Of a DNA stretch of 64,000 nt, positions 17,461 through 26,435 are shown one piece after another (position 1 is the stretch's first letter; every line of letters starts with the position of its first letter). Made by a program: the position numbers and the translations under genes. The notes beneath the pieces were generated by a model. The model saw only the letters and a program-made list of their open reading frames with translations. It was not told where the DNA came from and searched no databases. The stretch lies in IMG/VR virus record IMGVR_UViG_3300045988_081419, positions 22,541 through 86,540 of that record. One strand, given 5' to 3'. Origin of the DNA: a virus.

Positions 17461-17548
17461 TTTAGTGTTTTCTGGGGAATAACCAAAAAAGAAGAGGTAT
17501 CACACTGGACACCTCTCCTCTTATTCACTCATTACTCACTATGGACAC

Positions 17549-17941
17549 CTAGAACTCAATTCCGAGTTCTTCACATTTGTCACTGATTGTCTCAAGGTTT
17601 TCAAGTATGTCACCTAAAGCACTGATTGGGAAGTGGACTGTCTTCCCTTTTAAGTAACCTGTATATGCTTCACTCTCTCTGTACATTGTTATGAACACAC
17701 AGGCAGGTGCTTCATCATCATCAAACCTTTTCACCGACATTTCAAGATAATCTCTATTGATTTTCTCCGGCTTCTTATATGAGGGATATTCTCTCACTAA
17801 AAAGCGGATAGGTGGGAACATAGGTGTATAACCGTCTGGTGGAAGTTTGTTAGGCTTCTTCTCCCTCTTAGGTGTTTCCTTTGGCTGTTCAACTTCAATA
17901 GACTTCTTGAGTTCCTTTCTTTTGATTGGTTTCAGTTTCAT
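17549..17941 (-). CDS. Hypothetical protein
   Basis: Start at MKLKPIK behind SD AAGGAG. Basic N-terminus. Confidence 0.55.
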   Translation of the reverse strand: MKLKPIKRKELKKSIEVEQPKETPKREKKPNKLPPDGYTPMFPPIRFLVREYPSYKKPEKINRDYLEMSVKRFDDDEAPACVFITMYRESEAYTGYLKGKTVHFPISALGDILENLETISDKCEELGIEF

Positions 17942-18053
17942 ACTAAAACACTCCTTTCTCACACTTGTTAATTGATAGGTAGAGTTTAAACCACTCTAGT
18001 GAACACTGGACACACTTGTGGTGTCCAATGCTCAAACAATGGTCTATAATGTG

Positions 18054-18527
18054 TTATTTAAGAATGTCTCCTAAAACTGAATGAATCTTAAACCTCCAAA
18101 TCATCTTTGTCACTGCTTTAGTCGGAACAGTCTTTTCCTCCGTACAAAATTCATCTACTGCTTCAACCACCTGCTTTGTCATTTCATCAGTATGTGTATG
18201 TAACAGTGTATTCACCTGCACTAAAGCTGTCTGAATTTCATCTGCCACAATCATTGCATGGAGTCTTGCATAAGCATTAAGATTCTCCTTGTGTGCAAGT
18301 TCTGGTGCATTAGGAACAAGGTCTTTTACCTCACACAGAAGTTTTCTCACCTCAACAAGTTTGGTGAGGACCTCTGGTGGTACAAGTGTTGGGAAGTTAT
18401 CAGTCTTGACAGGTGGATTATTCCAGTCAAAGTCATCTTTCTTCTCCTGCTTGTTAAAATCGGTGAGGGAAGTAAGACCTAACAACATTTTCAGTTCCTC
18501 CGGCATTTCATCAAATAATCTTGACAT
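18054..18527 (-). CDS. Hypothetical protein
   Basis: 157-aa co-oriented ORF. Confidence 0.55.
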   Translation of the reverse strand: MSRLFDEMPEELKMLLGLTSLTDFNKQEKKDDFDWNNPPVKTDNFPTLVPPEVLTKLVEVRKLLCEVKDLVPNAPELAHKENLNAYARLHAMIVADEIQTALVQVNTLLHTHTDEMTKQVVEAVDEFCTEEKTVPTKAVTKMIWRFKIHSVLGDILK

Positions 18528-18663
18528 AGTAACACTCTCCTTTTCTTCACTCTTAATGTGTTTAGTTACTGAACCTGTAATGGGTTCACTCTCACCAACA
18601 AGGTGTGTAGTCTTGTTGGCAAGGTCAGCTCACTACCTATCAAGTGTGTTTTGGGGAGTGTTA

Positions 18664-18918
18664 TTAGTAATCTGTGTAGTGTTCTACCACCACATCACCA
18701 TTACTGTCATAGATTGAGGTACAAAGTTTAGGTTTATCACCCACAACGGATTTATCTGTCTCCAAGTAACATTTTATACTAAAAGCAGTTGTAATCTCCC
18801 CATTGTCTCTTTGGGTTATCTCAACTGTCATACCTCCGTCTCTTCTAGCAGGTCCACCTGCAAGTGGAGTCTTTCTTCCATCAATATCTGCATTTATATA
18901 AAAAGGTCTTACTGGCAT
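18664..18918 (-). CDS. Hypothetical protein
   Basis: 84-aa co-oriented ORF abutting the upstream gene. Confidence 0.5.
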   Translation of the reverse strand: MPVRPFYINADIDGRKTPLAGGPARRDGGMTVEITQRDNGEITTAFSIKCYLETDKSVVGDKPKLCTSIYDSNGDVVVEHYTDY

Positions 18919-19322
18919 TATGATTCTCCTCTCAACTGGTTAAACAGTTCTTCATCAATGAAACACTTCTGTCCTGCTGTCCATTCACACCCAGTCATTT
19001 TACTAAAGGCTTCTGGTCTTATCACTAAGTAACCACCTAAAGGATAAACGTCTTTTCCCTCCATAGATTTCATTGGAGGTCTATTATCACCCGGCTGTGT
19101 ATCACTAACAGGAATAAGTGCAACACCTAACTTCATCTGTTCCTTACATTTATCACATGGCTCATAGTCTAATACCATGTGTCTAGGTGCTTCAAGGTCT
19201 TCACTCTTACCACCAATCTTTCCTAACAATGCAATCTCTTGTTTTTCTTCACCACAGAAGAAACAAATAGGTATTGTAGGATTGACTCCATGCTTTGGAC
19301 TTATCTTGATACTATTAGACAT
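18918..19322 (-). CDS. Cys-rich (zinc-binding?) hypothetical protein
   Basis: CFFCGEEK...CDKCKEQM. Start at MSNSIKI behind SD AAGGAGA. Confidence 0.5.
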   Translation of the reverse strand: MSNSIKISPKHGVNPTIPICFFCGEEKQEIALLGKIGGKSEDLEAPRHMVLDYEPCDKCKEQMKLGVALIPVSDTQPGDNRPPMKSMEGKDVYPLGGYLVIRPEAFSKMTGCEWTAGQKCFIDEELFNQLRGES

Positions 19323-19425
19323 ACTCAGTCTCCTTTCATTCACTAAACACTTCTCACACCATTGTTATCAAGAGTACTTTAGTACTCATTCTTGCACACC
19401 ACCTAAGTGATATGCAAGGTCAATA

Positions 19426-19863
19426 CTAAAGTGTTGCCATACAATACTGGTCGTACAACTGAATACCAATCTCATTGTGAATGTCGAGGTCTTCTCTGAT
19501 AAGTCTCCTCACTAACATACTAATTGTTTTCAGTGCTGTCCATTTCATGTCTTGTATCATCTGCATGGTCTGAAAATACACCTCTGGATTGTACTTATAC
19601 TTTTCCTCTCTGGTCTTTCTCTCGTCAAGGTCTAACTGGCAGTACTGTTTCACCCGATAGTCAAGTCTTGCGTTGAGGTATGTCTCCTTGTCAACATAGA
19701 GAATACCAAACACTTCATAACCATTGGACTTGTACTGTTTCAGTTCTAAAAGTCTGTAAGCCATTCTTCTCAATCTGTCTTCATCATTCTCCGGCAGATA
19801 GAATAGAGTCTCTTCTTCACCTGTAGACTTTACAAGTTTGTAAATCATGTAGTTTCCTTTCAT
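19426..19863 (-). CDS. Hypothetical protein
   Basis: Start at MKGNYMIY behind SD AAGGAGAG. Confidence 0.5.
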   Translation of the reverse strand: MKGNYMIYKLVKSTGEEETLFYLPENDEDRLRRMAYRLLELKQYKSNGYEVFGILYVDKETYLNARLDYRVKQYCQLDLDERKTREEKYKYNPEVYFQTMQMIQDMKWTALKTISMLVRRLIREDLDIHNEIGIQLYDQYCMATL

Positions 19864-19970
19864 CTGTACACACTCTCCTTTTTTACATTTACACACTCTT
19901 GATAGGAGTACCTTTCAGCACTCACTCTCACACACCACAAAAGGTGGTGTGCAAGGTCAACACTGAATTA

Positions 19971-20738
19971 TTATTCAACTGCGTCCACAAGTCTATAGAG
20001 TTCAAACTCCATGTTGTTTGTGTATCTGAATCCATCCTCTGTGATTGCCATGTCTTTCGGCTGAATGAGGTATGGCTGTTCAGTGTAACTTGATACACCG
20101 ATTGCAACTTTATCCTCGTCACTGATATAGATACAGGACACTAAATCCAAGTCATTCGGGAAGTTTTTCGGCTTTTTGATTTCATCAAGGCTACCTTTGT
20201 AGTCAAACTGTCTTAAAAGTCTTTCAGACCAGTACACTGCAAAGTAAACCTCTTCTTCATTCTCAAGTGCTTTTCTGAGGTCAGCAAAGGTCTTAATGTC
20301 CTGTGCTTTCTCAAGTGTTCCGATTTCAGTTGTCACTTTTTCGGAAAAGGCACTTGCTAAATCAAAAGCAACTCCCTTGTTTGTGGACTTCTCCACAGCA
20401 GAGGTCTTTGGAGTCTCTTTTTTACCAGATTTCTTAGGTGCAGGAGTCTTTTTCTCCGGTGTTTTAGGTGTTTCTTCCTGCTCTGTCTCAGTCTTTTCCG
20501 GCTTAGAAGACTTTTTCAAGGTCTTTTTAGCTGAATTTTCCGGGGCAGGTGCAGGAAGTGAATCAGCTACCTCTTTCACTAAAGGTCTGAGGTCTGTGAT
20601 TTTAACACTGTCCGGGTCTTTCTTCCATGCGTTTGCGGTATAAGTGATTCTGTCCTTTAAAGACTTGTCAGATACCTCATTGAAATGCTCGTCAAGAAAC
20701 TCCACCATCTGCTGTTTGTTCATTTTGTTAGTTGTCAT
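19971..20738 (-). CDS. Hypothetical protein with K/P/E-rich linker
   Basis: 255 aa: two globular ends joined by PAPAPENSAKKTLKKSSKPEKTETEQEETPKTPEKKTPAPKK. Confidence 0.55.
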   Translation of the reverse strand: MTTNKMNKQQMVEFLDEHFNEVSDKSLKDRITYTANAWKKDPDSVKITDLRPLVKEVADSLPAPAPENSAKKTLKKSSKPEKTETEQEETPKTPEKKTPAPKKSGKKETPKTSAVEKSTNKGVAFDLASAFSEKVTTEIGTLEKAQDIKTFADLRKALENEEEVYFAVYWSERLLRQFDYKGSLDEIKKPKNFPNDLDLVSCIYISDEDKVAIGVSSYTEQPYLIQPKDMAITEDGFRYTNNMEFELYRLVDAVE

Positions 20739-21565
20739 AATAACACTCTCCTTTTCTTAATTGTTTTGTAATGTGTTTTGGATAAGCCTATCCACTCGAT
20801 ACACTAAAATTTAATGTACTCAGTGCATAGGCTTATGCAAGTGCCAGACACTATAAAAGCTGTCTGACACCCACACTGCAATTAAGAGTGTGAGTAATGT
20901 TTTCACTTTCTCTTCCAGTTTACTATCAACAACTTTTGAGGTCGCATAATGCGTAACTATCTCCGGCTGTCTCAAGTACTTAAAAGAGTACTTATTTACT
21001 TGTCAAGGTTCAAGACTATGTTTCATCACCTGTTTCTGTTCAGCGTTTCAACACGTTTTCGGTTACTCACTCAAGCGTTTCTGTCACTCGCTCTTGAGCT
21101 TGTCTATACTTTAGCACACGCAAAACAGCTTGTCAACACTTTTTTTCATAAATTCATAAATTTCTTTTTGACGCTCATTTTAGGCGTTTTAAGGCTCTTT
21201 TTTGGTCTAGTGGGGAAATGTTCGGGTAAAGCTATAAAAACGCTTTAAAGGGCATTTCTAAGCGTTACAAGGGCATTTCATAGCTTGTCACTATAGCAGG
21301 CAGGACGGCAAAACATGAAAAACACGTTTCAAGGTCTTTTATTGACGTTTTCAGCGTCTTTTATAGGTTTATCGTCATTTTTATACAATAGGGGCATAAA
21401 ATGGGCTTATTTAAGGCAATACGGAACTAAAAACACTATGAAAAGCAAGGGAATATTTACGGCTCAAAAAATACATTGTACATATTTCACAAAAAGAAAA
21501 AAGAGTGATTTATAAACAATACATAAAAACACATTAAAACACTTGTGCAATCCTAACAAAACACA

Positions 21566-21601
21566 TACTAAAAGGACACTCCCACATTACTAAGAGTGTC
21601 C
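21566..21601 (-). terminator. Rho-independent terminator
   Basis: Minus strand GGACACTC-(12 nt)-GAGTGTCC followed by UUUUAGUAUG, about 50 nt after the stop of the 21652-22308 gene. Confidence 0.6.
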
Positions 21602-21651
21602 TTTGTGTCACGTTTCTATATTGGCTTATCCTATATACATTACATTGAGTG

Positions 21652-22308
21652 TTATTTCTTCCCGAATTTCTTTATCTTCTTGAGTTTCATTCCACTGCTC
21701 GGTTCAGTGGTCTTTTCTGTCTTTTTCAAGGTCTTTTTAGGTGTTTCCTTTTCCTCTCCATGAGGTGTTGCAATAGTGATTTTCTTGTGTCTCTTCATTC
21801 CTTTACTAAAAGGTCTGTCCTCTGCTATGGTCTTATAAGCACTGTCTTCCGCTTCTTCAATCATATCTCTATAGTAATCACCATACACATCAAACACTGC
21901 TTTCTCCATGAGTTTCTGGTGTGGTGACACTCTAGGACACCTACCCTCTGCTTTCTTTGCTCTCTGTTCTGGTTTTAGTGGTGCATGACCTAAGTAGTGT
22001 TGCTCATAGTAGTCCTCACTTGTGATTTTACACACATACCTAAAGTAGTTCTTTCTGGTCTTACAGTGTACAATCATTCTTTTAATGGACTCCAAACACT
22101 TGTCTAAATCACTACCACAACAGATACAATGATAGGTCACGTTGTCTAACACTCTGTACCACTCTGGGTTACTGGTGTCTTCTGGGTCATAACCTCCTAA
22201 GTACTTCTCTTCACCCTCTGGGTACACAACTGGTGCTTTCTTTCTATACTGTCCTCTTACTATATAGAAAAGACCTCGTAAACTTTCTTCTTGTGTGATA
22301 TGTGCCAT
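21652..22308 (-). CDS. Hypothetical protein
   Basis: 218 aa with CICCGSD and a basic C-terminal tail. SD GAGAGGAG. Confidence 0.55.
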   Translation of the reverse strand: MAHITQEESLRGLFYIVRGQYRKKAPVVYPEGEEKYLGGYDPEDTSNPEWYRVLDNVTYHCICCGSDLDKCLESIKRMIVHCKTRKNYFRYVCKITSEDYYEQHYLGHAPLKPEQRAKKAEGRCPRVSPHQKLMEKAVFDVYGDYYRDMIEEAEDSAYKTIAEDRPFSKGMKRHKKITIATPHGEEKETPKKTLKKTEKTTEPSSGMKLKKIKKFGKK

Positions 22309-22321
22309 ACTCTATTCTCCT

Positions 22322-22340
22322 CTCTATATAGTATATAGAG
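22322..22340. promoter_or_regulatory. Perfect 9-1-9 palindrome CTCTATATA-G-TATATAGAG (operator-like)
   Basis: Seen directly, immediately upstream of the SD of the 21652-22308 gene. It belongs to the TCTATATA box family that recurs up to about 23030. Confidence 0.5.
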
Positions 22341-22426
22341 GGAGAGGAATGATTACCTCTTCTCTATATACTGTTTTCGCTTCACTGACTATAGTATAAC
22401 ACATATCACTAAACACCTCAAACACT

Positions 22427-22555
22427 TTATTTTCCGGGTGTTTTGGTGGTGTTTTGTGGTTTAAAAGGAGTTCCACACTGAGGACACTTAGTAACACCTT
22501 TCATAGTGATTTTAGTCACCTTACCACACTTCTCGCAAGTTCTTGTCTTGTTCAT
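22427..22555 (-). CDS. Small zinc-ribbon protein (42 aa)
   Basis: Below the ORF-track cutoff. SD GAGGAGG, then MNKTRTCEKCGKVTKITMKGVTKCPQCGTPFKPQNTTKTPGK. Confidence 0.5.
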   Translation of the reverse strand: MNKTRTCEKCGKVTKITMKGVTKCPQCGTPFKPQNTTKTPGK

Positions 22556-22574
22556 CTTTCTTCCTCCTCTATTA

Positions 22575-22616
22575 CTATATAGAATAGTAGTATCATTCCC
22601 TCCCTATTCTATATAG
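22575..22616. promoter_or_regulatory. 13-bp perfect inverted repeat CTATATAGAATAG ... CTATTCTATATAG
   Basis: Arms at 22575-22587 and 22604-22616. The centre contains GGAATGAT, which is also present next to the 22322 palindrome. Confidence 0.45.
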
Positions 22617-23104
22617 AGAAAAGGGTATCAACCTCTGTCTAAACACTACACTGTAACAACACCTAACACTTGCTAAAATCGGTGTTAAAGGTGGTTCTTA
22701 GGTAGTCCTCAAACCTAAGAGATTTATTACTCTCCCTCTATATAGAAAATGGGTAGCCGGAAAGGATTTTCTACTGGTTTTAGTATAGCATAACACTACT
22801 GATAGTACAAGTAATGACTCCTCTAAACACTACCCCTATAACACCTTTAACCACACCTAAACACTGATTTTACCGCCTTTTCGTCAGAGACCTGCCTTGG
22901 TGTCACTATAGTAAGACAGTAAACTGTCCTATTTTTAATGAGTATCAGAAACAGTCTTTCTCTATATACTTTCTCTATACTACTATCTATATTCTATTCT
23001 ATATATTATTCTTTCTTCTATACTTCACTTTTAGCGACCCGATTTTTCTCTATAGTCATTTCTTTCCCGGTTTATTTGGTAAAGGCTTAAACTTTTCCCC
23101 GGAA

Positions 23105-23281
23105 TTACTTCAACACTAAAGAGAGTACTGCCATTACTATTTGTCCTATTATATACACAAATATTATTAGTTCTATTATATCTCCTACTCTCTTCCGCAT
23201 TTTCTTTCTTCTCTCATACTGACGCTCATTATATTTCCGCAAAAATTCCATCTGTTCTCTGTCATCATTAAAGTCTCTCAT
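23105..23281 (-). CDS. Small membrane protein (58 aa)
   Basis: Below the ORF-track cutoff. SD GGAGG, then MRDFNDDREQMEFLRKYNERQYERRKKMRKRVGDIIELIIFVYIIGQIVMAVLSLVLK (C-terminal TM helix). Confidence 0.45.
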   Translation of the reverse strand: MRDFNDDREQMEFLRKYNERQYERRKKMRKRVGDIIELIIFVYIIGQIVMAVLSLVLK

Positions 23282-23292
23282 ACTCTTACCTC

Positions 23293-23586
23293 CTAGTAAT
23301 GTATCTTATGAATAAAATCTGCAAAAAGTCTCCATAAACAATACTCATTCCAACAAATAGAAGTACCCTTATTTGGCACTCCTTTGTTATAATACCTATC
23401 TGCTTTAGTGATAATATATCTTATCTTTTTTCTATCTTCTTTCCTACTAAATTCCTCCGCAAACTTTCTTTTCACCGACTTATCTTCCCACTTACTACTA
23501 TGTATGAAATTATATATTAACTTGTAAGGAAGTGTTTCAGCTTCTTCCTTAGTCATTTCAATATAAGAATAATTAACAATCCTCAT
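23293..23586 (-). CDS. Hypothetical protein
   Basis: 97-aa co-oriented ORF. Confidence 0.5.
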   Translation of the reverse strand: MRIVNYSYIEMTKEEAETLPYKLIYNFIHSSKWEDKSVKRKFAEEFSRKEDRKKIRYIITKADRYYNKGVPNKGTSICWNEYCLWRLFADFIHKIHY

Positions 23587-23876
23587 TATATAACCCCTTT
23601 TCTTGACATAGTAGCTTTCACTACTTTCACACCCAACAAACTACTCAAAACATCTTCCAGTTCATCAATCATAATCTGGTCCGGTCTCTCTTTAACGTCT
23701 CTAAGGTCACTGATAGTATAGACCTTAATGTTCATACCCATCTGCTGTGCTTGATATGTAATATTATTTCTCCGGGTAACATTTGTGGTTAAAATAGGAA
23801 CACCAGAGAAATAAGAATCCATAATAAGTGTTGTGGTCTTACCTGCTTGTCTGTTATCTACATCAATAATCATCAC
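23586..23876 (-). CDS. Hypothetical protein with P-loop-like AGKTT
   Basis: DNRQAGKTTTLIMD near the N-terminus. Only 96 aa. Confidence 0.45.
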   Translation of the reverse strand: MMIIDVDNRQAGKTTTLIMDSYFSGVPILTTNVTRRNNITYQAQQMGMNIKVYTISDLRDVKERPDQIMIDELEDVLSSLLGVKVVKATMSRKGVI

Positions 23877-24082
23877 TGCACCTCCACTAATTCAAAACAT
23901 TCTTCTTTCCAGTTAAACACATTGTTTAAGTCATAAGAACTATAACCAATATCATAGTCTTCTTTACCGACTTCTTTGTATTTAATGTTAAAATATGGCT
24001 TCTCTTTTGTTCCAGTAACAACTATTTCTAACTCCGTTACTTTTACCTTTTCAATAGGGCTGTTGATAGTACTCTTCTCCAT
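23873..24082 (-). CDS. Hypothetical protein
   Basis: 69-aa ORF with an overlapping stop/start. Confidence 0.45.
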   Translation of the reverse strand: MEKSTINSPIEKVKVTELEIVVTGTKEKPYFNIKYKEVGKEDYDIGYSSYDLNNVFNWKEECFELVEVQ

Positions 24083-24093
24083 TTTCTTCCTCC

Positions 24094-24333
24094 TTAAAAT
24101 CTCTTTGAATATAAATTGTAAATGTTTATGTGTTTCACATGACCTCTAATAAAAGCATTGCCATCTACCTCATTAAGAAATCTTGTATATTTCTCTGAGG
24201 ACACTTTGCAGTACTTTATCTCACCTCTCACTAAAGAGTCTACCAACTGCCTCTTAGTGGTTATATCCAATAGTATTCCTCTGTTCTCACATTTCAAAGG
24301 AACTCTTTTCAGTATAATAAAATTCTCTTCCAT
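24094..24333 (-). CDS. Hypothetical protein
   Basis: ATG at 24333 overlaps the stop of the upstream small ORF (TGATG). Confidence 0.45.
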   Translation of the reverse strand: MEENFIILKRVPLKCENRGILLDITTKRQLVDSLVRGEIKYCKVSSEKYTRFLNEVDGNAFIRGHVKHINIYNLYSKRF

Positions 24334-24497
24334 CAACTTTTTACCTCCTCACACTCATTTGCAGGTATGTATTGAAAACACTTCTTGCCGGATTTAAAGA
24401 TTCCGTTCTTCTCACAGTACACCAAAAACTGTAACACTGGTCTTGGCTCTACATGATACACTGTGAGTATTTGACCTTTGTATCTCACTTTAAACAT
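24333..24497 (-). CDS. Hypothetical protein (54 aa)
   Basis: Below the ORF-track cutoff. MFKVRYKGQILTVYHVEPRPVLQFLVYCEKNGIFKSGKKCFQYIPANECEEVKS, with SD GAGG upstream. Confidence 0.4.
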   Translation of the reverse strand: MFKVRYKGQILTVYHVEPRPVLQFLVYCEKNGIFKSGKKCFQYIPANECEEVKS

Positions 24498-24573
24498 AGG
24501 ATAACCTCGCTTTCTATAATATTTATACTTAAATTATAATAGGACGCTAAACTTTCGTCAAACGTCCTTTCTT

Positions 24574-25488
24574 TCAAACCTCGCTATTAGCAGTGTTTGT
24601 AACCTTTTTCAGTTTCTTCTTAGGAGATTCCTCAATTTGGGGAACATAGACTGGTTCTTTTAAAATTGACTCTGGATTCTCCACAAGTGCCTGTTGTGCA
24701 ATCTGGTACATCTTGTGTTGCATAAAGGCTTCAATTTCACCCTTACTTTCTGCAACAGTGTTATCCATCTGCTCATTAAACTGAGATAACTGAAACTCTT
24801 GATTAGTTCCAATGTTCTGACTTATTCTCCTTAGCATACTCAGAATTTCTTCCTGTTCTTTCTTGTTGAAAGACTTCTTTTCTTTAAACTTACCCTCAAC
24901 TGTTTTAATGAGTTCCTTACTGTCAGAGTACACATCTTCAAGGTGTTCTTTATACTCCTCTCTATGTACATCTAAAGGATTGTGGTAGGGACATTCTGGC
25001 ATAGCCTTGTGGTTCACTCTTTTAAGTGTTACTGGAACACCATCACCCATATTCATGTGAGTTATAAGTTCTACAAACTGAGTATAAGACATTTCAACCT
25101 CAAACAATTCTTCTGTACCAAAGTACCAATTCTGATTAAGGTGTCTGTCATACTCACCACGCTTTAACACAAGATTGATTTTGTCATGGTGTTTAATACT
25201 TGACCCAAACAAATAAGGACTTCCACCAGACTGTCTGTTAAAACACAACATTCCAAAAGAGGGGTGGATATGTCTTTCTCCTCCAACAGTACTTCCCTCT
25301 TTAACAATTATCTCTTCGTCTCTCAGTTCTTGAGACAACACCCATCTTCTCAAATTATTACACACATTTTCGCCGGAATAAACAGAGTCAATAAATTCAC
25401 CAGAAAGAACACCAACACTGCAATATCCATTTTCGTCTAATTTATCACATTTAGACCTACCACACTTATATCTAACTTCTTCCATCAC
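24574..25488 (-). CDS. Hypothetical protein
   Basis: 304 aa with an N-terminal Cys cluster and a C-terminal coiled-coil-like half. No family recognised. Confidence 0.55.
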   Translation of the reverse strand: MMEEVRYKCGRSKCDKLDENGYCSVGVLSGEFIDSVYSGENVCNNLRRWVLSQELRDEEIIVKEGSTVGGERHIHPSFGMLCFNRQSGGSPYLFGSSIKHHDKINLVLKRGEYDRHLNQNWYFGTEELFEVEMSYTQFVELITHMNMGDGVPVTLKRVNHKAMPECPYHNPLDVHREEYKEHLEDVYSDSKELIKTVEGKFKEKKSFNKKEQEEILSMLRRISQNIGTNQEFQLSQFNEQMDNTVAESKGEIEAFMQHKMYQIAQQALVENPESILKEPVYVPQIEESPKKKLKKVTNTANSEV

Positions 25489-25498
25489 ATATCATCTC

Positions 25499-26167
25499 CT
25501 ATATCATTAACTGTCTTAAAGTAAAGTCTCTAAAGTGTTTAACAAAATTCATAACACTATTACTTCTAGCGTAAGAAAAAATTCCGTCATAAACACCCTC
25601 TTTTAACTCGTCTTGATAAAATTCGGAAACTGGGAAAACTTCTTCATACCTAAGAGACTGCAAAGGTCTTAAATTCAACCCCACTGTTTGATAATTAGGA
25701 CGTTCCAACTCACTTGTTGCAGGTTTAAGAGTATTTACTTCTGGCACTGTAATTTTAAGTACTGGAAGACCTTTCTGAACTAAATAATAGGAATCCCCAA
25801 TCTTTAAAGATATATTCTCTAAATGGGAAGTCACCACTAGGTTACAACAAACAGTATCTTTAACAGTATAAAGTCTTTTCAACCTATTACCTTTTTTATG
25901 ATAGTATTTTTCGTCCAGAAAAGTTCTACCCTCAATCTTAAACACTACGTCTGCTTCTACACACCCAGAACTAAAATGAGCCGGGGCAATTTTGTGGTCT
26001 ACCTCAGTCCTCAATACATCTGTAATACTAAACTTATCTATTATTTTTAATCTATATAATATATTATATATTACAGAGGTAATGCGTTCCTTGACCTCTT
26101 GACAGAAAAGTCGGAGATTTCTAAAGGGAAGAGGTTTAGTCATGGAATAAAATTTAGCCTTGCTCAT
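25499..26167 (-). CDS. Hypothetical protein
   Basis: Start at MSKAKFY behind SD GAGGAGG. The 5' part contains the AT-rich 25-mer repeat shared with 59328-59352. Confidence 0.5.
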   Translation of the reverse strand: MSKAKFYSMTKPLPFRNLRLFCQEVKERITSVIYNILYRLKIIDKFSITDVLRTEVDHKIAPAHFSSGCVEADVVFKIEGRTFLDEKYYHKKGNRLKRLYTVKDTVCCNLVVTSHLENISLKIGDSYYLVQKGLPVLKITVPEVNTLKPATSELERPNYQTVGLNLRPLQSLRYEEVFPVSEFYQDELKEGVYDGIFSYARSNSVMNFVKHFRDFTLRQLMI

Positions 26168-26360
26168 TCTCTTCCTCCTCAATTTTAAAGAAGAACTCGT
26201 CTTCATGTAATTCTGTCATACATTGAATCACATTTGCCACAGCCATTTTACTTACCTCACAAGTGGCTGTTTTAGATTTTTCTACTATAAGTCGAATAAT
26301 TCTGGACTTACGACCTATTTCTGTTAAAAGGTCTTCCTTTTTAACTGGTGTTACTTTCAT
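26154..26360 (-). CDS. Hypothetical protein
   Basis: Start at MKVTPVKK behind SD AAAGGAGAG. Confidence 0.5.
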   Translation of the reverse strand: MKVTPVKKEDLLTEIGRKSRIIRLIVEKSKTATCEVSKMAVANVIQCMTELHEDEFFFKIEEEENEQG

Positions 26361-26435
26361 AATAACTCTCCTTTCATAATAAAAATGTGCTACATGACAT
26401 ATTTTATCACATAGCACATTTTAGTCAAATGACCC

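Noticed and set aside
20949-21515. Plus-strand ORFs 20949-21248 and 21315-21515, considered as the only opposite-strand genes.
   Set aside because: No SD, with hydrophobic low-complexity translations driven by T-rich repeats. I treat the region as non-coding, although the region itself is flagged as a finding.
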